The position numbers and the translations under genes were made by a program. A stretch of DNA of 64,000 nucleotides, taken from positions 23,250,001 to 23,314,000 of the forward strand of contig JANJGN010000013.1 of the NCBI GenBank assembly GCA_026770705.1, read 5' to 3'. This DNA is from Isurus oxyrinchus. Taxonomy: Eukaryota. Positions 51,015 to 63,729 of the stretch are shown here, one piece after another. The first letter of the stretch is position 1; each line of letters starts with the position of its first letter. A model generated the notes under the pieces. That model was not told the origin of the DNA and ran no database searches. It was given only the letters and a program-made list of their open reading frames with translations.

Positions 51015-51995
51015 GATAGTCCAGTATTTATTGTCCATCTTTAATTGCCCTTGAGAAGGTAGCGGTGAGCTGCCTTCTTGAACTGCTGCAATTCATGTAG
51101 TGTGGGTATGCCCACAGTGCTGTTAGGAAGGGAGTTCCAGGATTTGACCCAGTGACAACAAAGGAACAATGATATGGTTCCAGGTCAGGGTGGTGTGTAG
51201 CTTGGATGGGAACTTGCAGGTGGTGGCTTTCCCATGTGTTTGCTACCCTTGTCCTTCTTGGTGGTAGAGGTCATGGGTTTGGAAGGTACTGTCAAAGAAG
51301 TCTTAATGAGTTGTTGCACTGCATCTTGCAGATAGTACAGATTGCTACCACTGTGGACCAGTGGTGGAGGGAGTGAATGTTTACTGACTGCTTAATATCT
51401 GAGGAATTGTGAATGGTGTTGAATATTGAGCAATCATCAGCAAATTGGCATTGGACAGTGATACTGAAGCAGTCTGCATCCATGTACAGCAGGACCTGGA
51501 CAACATTCAGAAATTGAGCTGGTAAGTAACATTCGTGCCATTTAAGTGCCAGGCAATGACCATCTCCAACAAGAAAGATTCTAACCATTTCCACTTGACA
51601 TTCAATGGCATTACCATAATTGAATCCCCCACTATCAACATTCTGGGAATTACCATTGACCAGAAACTGAACTGGACTAGCCACAAAGCACAAGTCAGGA
51701 GAGTGATAGAATACATACCAGTTGTCTAGATGAGTGCAGCTCCAACAACACTCAAGAAGCTTGACACCATCCAGGACAAAGCAGCCTGCTTGATTGGCAC
51801 CCTATCTACCACCTTAAACATTTATTCCCTCCACCACCAACGTACTGTGGCAGCAGTGTGTACCATCTACAAGGTGCACTGCAGCAGCTCAGTAAGGCTC
51901 CTTTGACAGCACCTTCCAAACCTATGATCATTATCACCTAGAAGGACAAGAGCAGCAGATGCATGGGAACTCTACTATCTGTAAGTTCCCTCCAG
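51015..51995. mobile_element. Two oppositely oriented fragments of the tRNA-headed LINE family
   Basis: Minus-strand 3' end plus FADDC segment (51015-51450), then a plus-strand segment 51460-51995. Confidence 0.8.
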
Positions 51996-54986
51996 TGTTG
52001 TGGTTTTCATGCCTCAAGATGTATCAAAGCACTTCACACAACACTTTTGAATTGTAGTCACTGTTGTAATTTGGAAACAAGCATTACCTGCAGACTTCAC
52101 TTTTTCCAATGCCTAATTTAGTAATTGTTTGTTTCCATTGTGGTTGACCAGTTGCATCTTCTGCTTCTGCTTTATCTTCCTGATTCTGCTTTAGCTTCCT
52201 GCTTTGTTCAAATATGTACATTCTGAGATCAGAGAACAATTTAGTTCATTGAGCTGCCTTTGAGATTTTGTACGACTTAACCCTACGCTACCACAATTCC
52301 TACATTAGCCGTTCTGCCTTGGTTCCTATACGAAAATGTGAACCCAGGTTGCCAGGCTGCTTAAGTCTAACCTTTAGGACATGTGGCAGTTCCTTGTCTC
52401 TGCCGACTGGCAGTTTAAGTAAATGCCCCTCCATACAGGTACACCCTATTGAGCAGATAGAACATTTTCCTACATGGATTTCTCAGTATAGTTTCAGCAG
52501 TTCAGGGACATTCTTCTGTTTGTACATGTACAAAAGTTGTCAAAGGATGCTGGGAGTTGCAGGTTTTGTTAGGATTACTGTTATTTGAATAATTGCAGAA
52601 AGCTGAAGTCCAGTGCTATAATCATCTCAAAGCTGCATTGCATGCAAGAAAAACTGTAAGTTCCTGCAGTGTACTGGCTTGCATGTTCATTCACAACTTC
52701 CTTAAATTTTCCACGTGTATCTTTGGAAAATGCCTTCTTAAGCTTCCCTGACAGGAGAGAGATTCCCTCACAGAAGAATTTAAGTCAGATTGATATGCTA
52801 ACTCCTGTGGGGATGTTTAAGAAATGTCTTAAAATATTAAACATTATTTGTACACATTTGCTTTTCAATAATTTTATTGGAATATAAGTGTGGATTAAGA
52901 AAAGATCATCCACCCATCATACTTCCTTCTTCCAGCATGGCTTGTATGGCTCTGCAATGTTGCCTAGTCTCCTCAATGCAGTCAGGGGCAGAGGAAATTT
53001 GCCTCTTGAATTCAATTGAGCAAAACTCTTGGACATTAACCTAACATTATGTTATACATCATTCATCCATAATCGAATGGCTCCAAACAGACAACAGAGT
53101 AAAATACAATGCAAATCTGGGACGATTCCACCCTAAGTGCTGTAGCGGGTGGGTAAAACAACGTTTTACCCGCTGGCCACAATGGCGACTTCTCATGCCG
53201 TATCATCCCAAACCCACCACATTAATAATACATTCACAGGAAAGGTGCCGTTCCATGGTAGGCAGGGTCTCATTCATCTGCCACGCCATCACCTCACTGC
53301 TTCATCACGCTGGGCACCATATTTAAAGTGCAGCCACGTGCACACTACTCAGTGCTTCCACTGCTGCAAAGAAGACATGGCCCCGATAGGATAGAAGACT
53401 GCAACCCCCAGGTTCAATGATGCGTCCCTTGATGCAGTGGAGGCACGCCGTGATGTCCTCTACTATCACTTTGGCAGCAAGGTGGGCAGTAACATCACCA
53501 ATCCGGTTGGGAGGTGGTGGCAGCGATGGTCAGTGTCAATACCCTTCAAAAGAGGGCAACCATTCCAGTGCTGCAAGAGGATGAATGACCTCCTCTGTTC
53601 TGCCAGGGTAAGTCACTCTTCTCATCACTCTCAACTCTCACAATCACAAACCCATCACATATCCACAGGGATTTCATTCACTGCCAATTGAAGGGGCATC
53701 ACCATTCATTCTCTCACACACACCTTCACTGTCTTCATCCTATCCATGGGACCACTCACCACCCACACATGCCAGGCATACTTATCATCTGGCCTGGCAG
53801 ACATCCTGCTTACACTCTCTCCATCTCTATTTATGCAGGACAAGCTGACACACAACAAGAGGGAGAGGTTGCAGACTGGTGGAGGAATGCCTGAAATCAA
53901 GATCCTCACGGACTTTGAATCCAGCTGGCCGGCAAGGATCTGGCCCATTCCTGTGCTGACGGTGAGGCCAGCGGTGGTGAGGATCCAGCAGTGCAACATT
54001 CATCTGATAACAGTGCTGTCAGTGATGTGTCCTATTCCACAGTCCTCTGCTCTGCTATGTGCTAATTATCTCTCCTTGCTTTCGCAGGCACATCTGGGAA
54101 ATGGCCAAGAGAGTCCATGACTCTGGTAATCTAAGGTGCAATACACCTTTAAGAGAATATGAGCAGATTGACCACATGACTGTATTACCCACATGCTGTG
54201 TAGCGTGGGCTACACATGTTAATCAGTAGTTTAGAATAGGGTCTGGTTGGAGAAGCACACATTGTGTTAGTGCTCTGTTACTTGTGTAAATAAACAGCAT
54301 GTGCTTCATCTTACATTGGTCTCTGCATCTGCAGTATATTGTTTGCCAACTCATCCTCCAGTAGATAAGCGTGCAACTGTGTTCGCGAGCAAAACAACCT
54401 GACAGAAGGAACATAACAATAGGCGAAGAGACAAAACAAGACCAGTCAACGACACCAAGGAAAGCTGAGAAAATTCCACTGAAGTGAATCAGCCGTACCT
54501 TGCAGGCCAATTGTGAGTACAGCATTCACCAAAGTCGTCGAAGCTATCGCCCTCCAGTAGGCCACGGTTTGGCCTTCTGAACCGTTTGGTCAGACCACCG
54601 ATGGCTGGTCACATTATATTGAATGCCTCGCATTCTTTTTGGCCAACGTCGTATCGAGGGGAGGAGAAGAGATGGGCGATCCTCTTATCGACATGTGGCA
54701 GTAAAACATATGGCCTAATTTGTAGTCTAATGGCATCCAACACCCCAGATTCCAAGAGTTTTGAGTTGGTAAAACTTGTGAAAAGCCATTTTCAGCCAAA
54801 ACCCTCAGTAACTACGCAGCGTTTTAAATTTAATTTGAGGTGTTGCGGCCCTGGAGAGAAAGTCGCTTGTTATGGAGCAGCTTTGAAACAGCTGACAGAG
54901 CACAGTGAGTTCGGGACAGCGATTAACAACATGTTAAGAGACTGATTAGTATGTGGGATTAACGAAGACACCATTCAAAAATGGTT

Positions 54987-55134
54987 AAAAGCAAAGTGGT
55001 CACATTATATTGAAATCTCTTTTCTATTTTTCCTTGGATCTGATGAAGAGTCATACGGACTCGAAACGTTAACTGTGTTTCTCTCCACGGATGCTGTCAG
55101 ACCTGCTGAGTGTTTCCAGCTATTTTTGTTTTTG
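54987..55134 (+). mobile_element. Penelope-type mini-element with 14-bp TSD inserted in gag
   Basis: ATTCAAAAATGGTT at 54973-54986 and 55135-55148; gag (IQKWLL) rejoins across it. Confidence 0.88.
55040..55074 (+). ncRNA. Putative hammerhead ribozyme core
   Basis: CTGATGA-A-GAGTC-atacg-GACTC-GAAAC-GTT-AACT: canonical CUGAUGA/GAAA boxes and a perfect 5-bp stem II. The stem I 5' strand is degraded. Confidence 0.6.
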
Positions 55135-56457
55135 ATTCAAAAATGGTTGTTGTCAGAAACTAATTTAGACTTCAGCAAGGCGCTAGAGTTGCCGCTCACA
55201 ATGGAAAGTGCAGTCAGGGATTCAGAACCCATCAAGGGAGCACAAAATGGCTCCATCCATTGCGTTGGGAGGGAGGCACCGGTTAGAAATGATACAGAAA
55301 CACTGGGCTCTGTAGCAAGGCAGGAACCAGCCACCCTTAACAGACCAGCCAAAAAGCAATTGTTTAACAGAGAAAACCCACTTTAGTAACGGCAGAAATG
55401 GAACCAGACAGCCTGCAAATGAATGACAATTTAAAAGAACCAAGTATTTCTACTGCTATCGTAATGGGCACATTGTGCGATATTGTAAAGACAGATTTGA
55501 GACAAAATTTTAAACAAAAAGGTAGAAATTGTGAAATCCACATAGTAGAGGAACCGGAAGATACAGAGTCAGATATTTACTCTCTATGCAGTTTAAAAAT
55601 GAGTAAAACAGAGACAATCTACGTGACAGTGGAAGTTAACAGAAAACCCATCCAAATGGAGGTGGACACAGGGTCATCCACAACAGTTATAGGGAACATA
55701 CATTCAAATATCTGAATGGAGGAGGCCATTCATTAAATCTGGAAAATTCAGAGACTAAATTAAAGACATATACTGGTTGGGACAGACGAGTAAGAGGTAT
55801 ATGCAAGGTTCCAGTACAGAGTGAAAATCTGTCTGTTAATCTATCCCTAATAGTGATAGCAGGCAGAGGACCGAGTCTCCTCGGAAGAAACTGGTTCAGA
55901 GAGATTAACCTTGAGAGATTACTGAGACCTCAAACAGAAGCAGGAAATGTTGCTGTTTGGAAAAAGCAGTATGTAAAGACTCAAAAACAACTCGTAACTG
56001 TGATCCTTCTGCACAGAGTTCGAATTGAAGTCAGTGACCTCCAAAAAGAAAAAGAAAACCTGCTGATGGACTTTCACAAATTGCAAGATTCCTCAGATCC
56101 CAATTTGTACCACTAAAAAGTATGAGGAAGAACAAAAGAATTCCACATATCTCTGGCCGAGATGAAAAATAAATTAGCTGAGAAAATACTGCTTAATTCT
56201 CCAGGAAACAACTAACAAATTTTTAAAAATGGAAGAGCTGAAGAGTCAGCTATGTGAAAGCCAAGAAGCCTTAAAAATAGAAACCCCTGAGTTTCCAAAG
56301 CAGCTGACAGTTGAGGAAATGCTGGAAGACTCAATCACTGCTCAAATTGAGTTCATACCTTAGCCTTGTCTGGCCAATAGGGTAATTGAAAAGGCCAAGA
56401 TTAAAGTCAGCGCTGCCACGAAGAAAACCCATCAAAAGAAGACACATAGAAAGAAAA

Positions 56458-59400
56458 TGTGGAATTGTTGCTGGACGAGTAATCCAGAGACTCAGGTTAA
56501 TGCTCTGGGGACCCGAGTTCAAATCCCACAGGGCGGATGGTGGAATTTGAATTCAATAAAAATCTGGAATTAAAGTCTAATGATGACCATGAAACCATTG
56601 TCGATTGTTGTAAAAACCCATCTGGTTCACTAATGCCCTTTAGGGAAGGAAATCTGTCATCCTGACCTGGTCTGGCCTATATATGACTCCAGACCCACAG
56701 CAATGTGGTTGACTGTTAAATGCCCTCTGAAATGACCAAGCAAGCTACTCAGTTGTACCAAACCGCTACAAAGTCACAAAAAAGGAATGAAACAGGACGG
56801 ACCACCTGGCACCGAACTAGGCATTGGAAACGACAGCGGCAATCGCAGCCCTGTCAACCCTGCAAAGTCCTCCTTACTAACACCTGAGAGCTGGTGCTGA
56901 AATTGGGAGAGCTGTCTCACAGACCAGTCGAGCAACAGCCTGACAGTCATTCTCAAGGAATCATACCTTACAGATAATGTCCCAGACACCACCATTACCA
57001 TCCCAGGTATGTCCTGTCCCACCTGCAGGGCAGACCCAGCAGAGGTGGCGGCACAGTGGTATACAGTTGGGAGGGAGTTGCTCTGGAAGTCCTCAACATC
57101 GATCCCAGACCCCATGAAGTCTCATGGCATCAGGTCAAATATGGGCAGGGAAACCTTCTGCTGATTATCATGTACTGCCCTCTCTCAGCTGATGAATCAG
57201 TGCTCCTCCATGTTGAACACCAATTGGAGGAAGCACTGAGGGTAACAAGGGCGCAGAATGTTCTCTGGTTGGGGGACTTCAATGCCCATCCCCAAGAGTG
57301 GCTCGGTAGCACCACTACTGACCAAGCAGCCGAGTCCTAAATGACATAGCTGCTAGACTGAGTCTGTGGCACTACCGCTGTGCAAATGGGATAGATTTCG
57401 AACAGATCTAGCAACTCAAGATAGGCATCCATTAGACGCTGTGGGCCATCAGCAGCAGCAGAATTGTACTCTAACACAATCTGTAACCTCATGGCCCGGC
57501 ATATCCCCCACTCTACCATTACCATCAAGCCAGGGAATCAATCCTGGTCAATGAAGAGTGCAGGAGGGCATGCCAGGAGCAGCACCAGGCATAGCTAAAA
57601 ATGAGGTGTCAACCTGGTAAAGCTGTAACACAGGACTACTTATGTGCCAAACAGCATAAGACGCAAGTGATAGACAGGACTAAGTGATCCCACAACCAAC
57701 TGATCAGATCAAAGCCCTTCAGTCCTGCCACATCCAGTCATGAATAGTGATGGACAATTAAACAACTCACTGGAGGAGGTGGCTCCACAAATATCCCCAT
57801 CCTCAAAGATGGAGGAGCCCAGCACATCAGTGCAAAAGATAAGGCTAAAGCATTTGCTACAATCTCCAACCAGAAGGGCCGAGTGGATGATCCACCTTGG
57901 CCTCCTCCGGAGGACCCCAGCATCACAGATGCCAGTCTTCAGCCAATTCGAATCACTCCACGTGATATCAAGAAATGGCTGAAGGCACTGGATAGTGCAA
58001 AGGCTGTGGGCCCTGACAACATTCCGGCAATAGTACTGAAGCCTTGTGCTCCAGAACTTGCCGCGCCCCTAACCAAGCTGTTCCAGTACAGCTACAGCAC
58101 TGCATCTACCCCAGCTATGTGGAAAATTGCCCAGGTATGTCCTGTACACACAAAGCAGGACAAATCCAACACGGCCAATCACCGTCCCATCAGTCTACTC
58201 TCTATCATCAGTAAAGTGATGGAAGGGGACATCAACAGTGCTATCAAGCGGCACTTGCTTAGCAATAACCTGCTCACTGACGCCCAGTTTGGGTTCTGCC
58301 AGGGCCACTCAGCTCCTGACCTCATGAAAGCCTTGGTTCAAATATGGACAAAACAGCTGAACTCCCGAGATGAAGTGAGAGTGACTGCCCTTAACATCAA
58401 GGCAGCATTTGACCGAGTGTGGCATCAAGGAGCCCTAGCAAAACTAGAGCCAATGGGAATCAGGGGGAAAGCTCTCCGCTGGTTGGAGTCATACCTAGCA
58501 CAAAGCAAGATGACTGTGGTTGTTGCAGGTCAGTCACCTCAGCTCCAGGACATCACTGCAGGAATTCCTCAAGGTAGTGTCCTCGGCCCAACCATCTTCA
58601 GCTGCTTTGTCAATGACCTTCCTTCCATCATAAGATCAGAAGTGGGGACATTCGCTGACGATTGCACAACGTTCAGCTTCATTCGCGACTCCTCAGATGC
58701 TGAAGCAGTCCATGTCCAAATGCAGCAAGACCTGGACAATATCCAGGCTTGGGCTGACAAGTGGCAAGTAACATTCGTGCCACACAAGTGTCAGGCAATG
58801 GCCATCTCTAGCAAGAGAGAATCTAATCATAGCCCCTTGATGTTCAATGGCATTACCATCACTGAATCCCCCACTATCAACATCCCGGGCCTTATCGTTG
58901 ACCAGAAACTGAACTGGACTAGCCGTATAAATACTGTGGCTACAAGAACAGGTCAGAAGCTTAGAATCGTGCCATAAATAACTCACCTCCTGACTCCCCA
59001 AAGCCTGTCCACCATCTACAAGGCACAAGTCAGGAGTGTGATGGAATACTCCCCACTTGCCTGGATGAGTGCAGCATCCACAACGCTCAAGAAGCTTGAC
59101 ACCGACCAGGACAAAGCAGCCTGCTTGATTGGCACCCCATCTACAAACATTTACTCCCTCCACCACCATCGCACAGTGGTAACAGTGTGTACCATCTACA
59201 AGATGCATTGAATTCACAAAGGCTCCTTCGACAGCACCTTCCAAATCCATGAACATTACCATCTAGACGGACAAGGGCTGCAGATAGATGGGAACAGCAC
59301 CACCTGGAAGTTCCCCTCCCAAGTCACTCACCATCCTGACTTGGAAATATATTGTCATTCCTTTGCCGTCGCTGGGTCAAAATCCTGGAACTCCCTTCCT

Positions 59401-59542
59401 AATAGCACCTTGGGTGTACCTACACCACATGGACTGCAGAGGTTCAAGAAGTCAGCTCACCACCACCTTCTCAAGGGCAACTAGGGATGGGCAATAAATG
59501 CTGGCCTAGCCAGTGAAGCCCACATCCCATGGAAGAAAAAGA
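56458..59542 (+). mobile_element. Near full-length LINE with tRNA-like 5' head and single EN-RT ORF (no ORF1)
   Basis: B-box GAGTTCAAATCCC at ~56515; APE remnants (SRGGGTV, LGDFNAH); RT ORF 57883-58977 (GPDNIP, RPISLLS, GIPQGSVLGP, FADD); tail ...CCCACATCCCATGGAAGAAAAA. Confidence 0.88.
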
Positions 59543-61768
59543 ACTAACAAGGCCCAGAATTTTTTTTTTTACACAACAGGAAGCTGATCATTTCATGTCA
59601 CATTTAGCCTTGCTCAACATCCTGATTCTCAGAACCTGCCTTAGCTGCCCATCATATTGTTGAACTTGGAGGGGAGGAGCAGCAGGAGTACAAGTGATTG
59701 AGTCCGAAAGAGTGTGAAAGAATTCACACTAGAGTCTACACCACATGTAAAAGGAACTTCCCTTGATCTGGAAGTGCCTGTAGAATCCGTTTGAGCCTGA
59801 CAGAGTCGAAGAGACAAATTTACAGGTTCCTACTGGGGAGACTAGTGGACAGATAACTCCTGAGAGGGAGGCCTCAGATAAACCATCTGAAGTCATAGGA
59901 TTACAACGTTCAACACGTTTGAAGAAGCCTCCAGAAAGATTGAATTTGTAAATAGTTTATTTATGTAAATAGTTGATATATTGTAAACATTGTAAATTAT
60001 ACTTTTGAGTAAAGGGGAGGGATGTGGTAATTTGAGGTGCAATACACCTTTAAGAGAATGTGAGCAGATTTACCATGTGACTGTGTTACCTAGTTGCTGT
60101 ACCTAGAGCTACAATGTTAATCAGCAGTTTAGAATAGGGTCTGGTTGGAGAAGCACACATTGTGTTAGTGCACTGTTACTTGTGTAAATAAACAGCATGT
60201 GCTTCATCTTACATTGGTCTCTGCGTCTGCCAACTCACCCATCGGTAGATAGGTGTGCAACTGTGTTCAAGAGCTAAACAACCCGACAGAAGGAACACAA
60301 CAACAATCCAAGGCCTCCATTCAAGCACCAAGGGAAGCTCAGAAGAGGAATTCAATGAAACCCTCCCTGAAGACCTGTCAGTGCTCACCCACACCCTCCA
60401 CCAGCGCAGAGACGCACACTTCAGTGAGACCTAGCTTTAGAGTGGACTTGGGATCACAATCTGCTGAGCACATGCACTGTCAGATCCACTGCAGGCAGTG
60501 GCAGAGACTTCCCAGGTGTCCGGCACTCTAAGGACTGCTGGAGGCCAGAAATTTGCTGAGTGTGAGTCAGATGACGAGCCTCCGAACTCTGTCATGTCAC
60601 AGTTGATGGAATTGCAAAGGCAAGCTCGGGAACTCCAGGAAGGGATGTCCACTGCACTCCTCAGATTGCAAGGCACGATAGAGAAATCCATCCGCCTTCA
60701 GGCTGAGGTGACAGCACTGGCATGCCAACACACCAAGGTCAACACTGGTAGGATGGTGGCAGCCATGGAGGCCTTGGTCCAAGACGTCGTTCCTGCACAG
60801 GATGAACTCCACCACTGACGCCATGGTTGGCCTCCAACAATGTGTACTCTAGAGGGGTGTGGGGCAGCCCGATTTCATTCCAGTTACCCCTTCTCCTCAA
60901 GGAGTCAGCCAGGGGACCTCAGGCACCAATAGGGAGGAGGATCAGCAGGTGTGCCCCCAGGGCCATCCATCCTGGTGACTCCAGGTGTGTCCAGCCCATC
61001 TGAATCCCCCCTTCCTGTGACCTCAGCAGCTCCAGCTCCAGAGGCTGAGCGGGGTGCCACTGCCACACAGCAGGACCCTGAAAGTAGGTTGGCGCCCTCC
61101 AGGTCTTGGCCCTCCAGAGGATGCTCGCCAATGTTATCACAGACAGGGCATTGCAGTCAGCAGGCTGCCTCCACCTCTGATGTGGATGTCCAGGGAGCAC
61201 CAAGGTGTAGTGGCAGGGTTAGGAAAGTTAAGGAGAATTAGTTGCACAGCCTGGACACGGATGTTATCACTTGTACATAATGTTCACTATTATTAATAAA
61301 CTCCCAAGAATGTCTCCCTGCCTATAGCTCCTTGTTCCAATGAGCAGTGTCCATGTCGCTCAGATGTGAAACTTTTCTGCACAAGATAAAGGCAGGTGTC
61401 TCAGTCCAGGACCTGTTCCCTGTGCTTTGTGCAGCCTTCAGACCAAAGTGATGGCCTGGCCTCACTCCCTGGGCATAGTGATGCCTGCACCTCGACGGTG
61501 CTTGTCATTGCTGCCAGAATGTCGTGGGCCAGCATCAGAGTTCTGTCATGCTCTCTGTGTGCTCTCAGCACCTTTAAGGTGGGGTTGGCCCCCATCTCTT
61601 CATCTGTGATCAGTGATGCTGTGCTCCTGAAGGGTCAGGTGCTGAAGGTGGGCAAAGGATTAGGTGCTTTTAAAGTTTCATAGTTGCATCTCCATGATAT
61701 GATCCTGGTCACAGAGCGCAAGCGAACTGTCCTTGGATTGACAGGAGTCAGATATTCTCAGAGGCTAT

Positions 61769-62002
61769 GGGCAGAATTTTATGTTCCGCGGGATGGTGCG
61801 CACCTGACTCGATTGGGCATAAAATCGTGCGAGAAGATGTCCGGTGAGCGTCTCAATATCATCGAGCAATATTTCGCTTGGCGGGCACGCGTGGCAGTCG
61901 AAACGTGCCTGCCGACAGTTAAGCGGGAAATTAGGCCCATTAATGACACAACTGAACATAACTTTTTGTAGCCTGTCCAACCTTAACGGTTGGCGGACGG
62001 GC
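61769..62002 (+). mobile_element. Left part of a Harbinger-type MITE
   Basis: Starts GGGCAGAATTTTATG; shares GCCTGTCCAACCTTAA with 40179-40878. Confidence 0.7.
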
Positions 62003-63729
62003 CCATCAGCCATAATCGCTTCCATAAACCAGACTGGAGTCAAACGTTCATAGATACAATGTGAGGGTCCATGGCATCTCCTCATTACATGTCATCATCA
62101 TTCTCCACAAATCTAGTAGCTATGAGGGCCATCCGAGCATGCCTGCCTCTTCTGGCAAGTGCGAGGGCCTCATTGCCATCATCATTGTCTTCGAGGACCT
62201 CCTCAGCCTCATCATCGTCTTGCCATATTGTCCGCTGACACCGTCAAACATGCCTGACGCCAACAGGCACAGATGATTCCACCCTTAAATTATTAGATTA
62301 GCTATGCCTACAGTTATATTAAAATCTTCATTCCCTTTCACAACCAGATTTGTATTTAGTATCTCTTTGAGAAAGTTCATCAACATAGTAACTGTTGCAA
62401 GTTTCCTACTGGTCCTCAGTAGGAAAAGTTTTCGCATCTAATCTTACCAGTTTTATACTGTTTGCTGTGTAGCCTATTAATTTAATTTGGTTACACCCAC
62501 ATAATCTGTGCAACAGAGCATTTTTTTGACTTGGATCATGTTGCAACTCAATCTTCCTCTCCTCCAGGGAGAATAGAAATTCTTTGACAAAGAAAGTGAG
62601 AGATATCTGCAGAGTTAACAATTTTTAAAAAAATAATACTAATGGGGATTAGAGTGAAGTTGCATTGACTCATCCATACATTATATTTTGAAATGTTACA
62701 GTCCTCAGTACTTGACTGCAGCACTACACTTTTTAATCTGGTATTTTTAAAGGTACTCCCCCAATGGCTGGCTGGTGTTACTTTATCAAAGGTTTCTAAG
62801 ATGCTGGTGCCATTAACCTTCACCTCGACACCCAGCTGCAGGTGGACAGCTAGTCTCTGCACACTTTTTGGCATCTGTGTAAACATTGGGTGGGGTGGGG
62901 GCTGGGGCATAGGTGATAGTGGCTGGATCAATATAGAGATCTTGAATCGGTAAGGTAATTTATATCCATGCATGCCTGCCCCAGCTACTAAGATCTGTGT
63001 TAACATGCTCACGATCTGCAGGGGAGCAGATTCAAAGACAACATTGAACTGACTGAAATGCCTATCCATATAATGGGATACTGTTTCCCATTTGGCACAC
63101 TTGGTAACCTGGACAACAACTGCATCTAAAATTGTGCTAGTTTTGAGAAGTGGTTTATTTTTCTAACTTTCCACCCAAACTCATTTGTATATTGCTGAAT
63201 GTAAAATCTGTGATGAACTAATGCAATTGGGCAGGGTTTTAGAATTTAATTTTTCAAAAATATTTTGCTTTAAGAAGTATTCCTTACATTTAAGAATGGT
63301 AACTTGTGCAGTTTGATTAATACAGATGAAAATGTGGTTTATTACAAAAATATAATCATCTTTTATCAGCACTTCTGAGTAACCCAGATTTATAACTGGA
63401 AATGACCCTATAAAACTATACAGACCCTAGTTATAATTAGTGTAAGGTAGCTCAGAGGTGTGCATACCCTTTTGCATACCCCCTTCCAGATTGACCAACT
63501 CCCTAAGCGTTCCTACCAGCATGCAGGTTTAATATGTTAATACCTTTAATAGGTCCAAGTACAGTATTGCACATCATGTAGAACTTGTGATACACATATA
63601 CAACTTAGACAATGCCTTAATAGTGCTATTCGCCATCAATGTGATTGCTGAATTTGTTTTTTTGAGAGGTGTGTAACATTTGGAGTAATAGTTTGAGTTG
63701 TTAATTCTATCACCTATTTTACACGAAGG

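Larger units (their letters stand above)
54122..60302 (+). mobile_element. Gypsy-type LTR retrotransposon, gag-protease only
   Basis: LTRs at 54122-54418 and 60023-60302; PBS-like AGGCGAAGAG; PPT AAAGGGGAGGGA. Gag (AILLSTCG, RFKFN, MLRD*LVCGI), protease MEVDTGSS and SLLGRNW, tail RSTRLKKPPERLNL. No LTR-type RT/RNaseH/IN core. Confidence 0.88.
53119..62285. mobile_element. Harbinger derivative: Myb/SANT gene retained, transposase mostly deleted, with nested insertions
   Basis: Myb exons 53377-53607 (PRFNDASL, QCCKRMNDLL|gtaagt), 53839 onward (HNKRERLQTGGG), and 54088-54121 + 60303-61241. Transposase 3' tip and terminus at 62010-62285 match 12280-12470 and 14705-14770. TSD not evident. Confidence 0.72.

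Noticed and set aside
57883-58977. 364-aa RT as the pol gene of the surrounding LTR element
   Set aside because: Motifs (GPDNIP, PQGSVLGP, upstream APE) are non-LTR type; this is a nested LINE.
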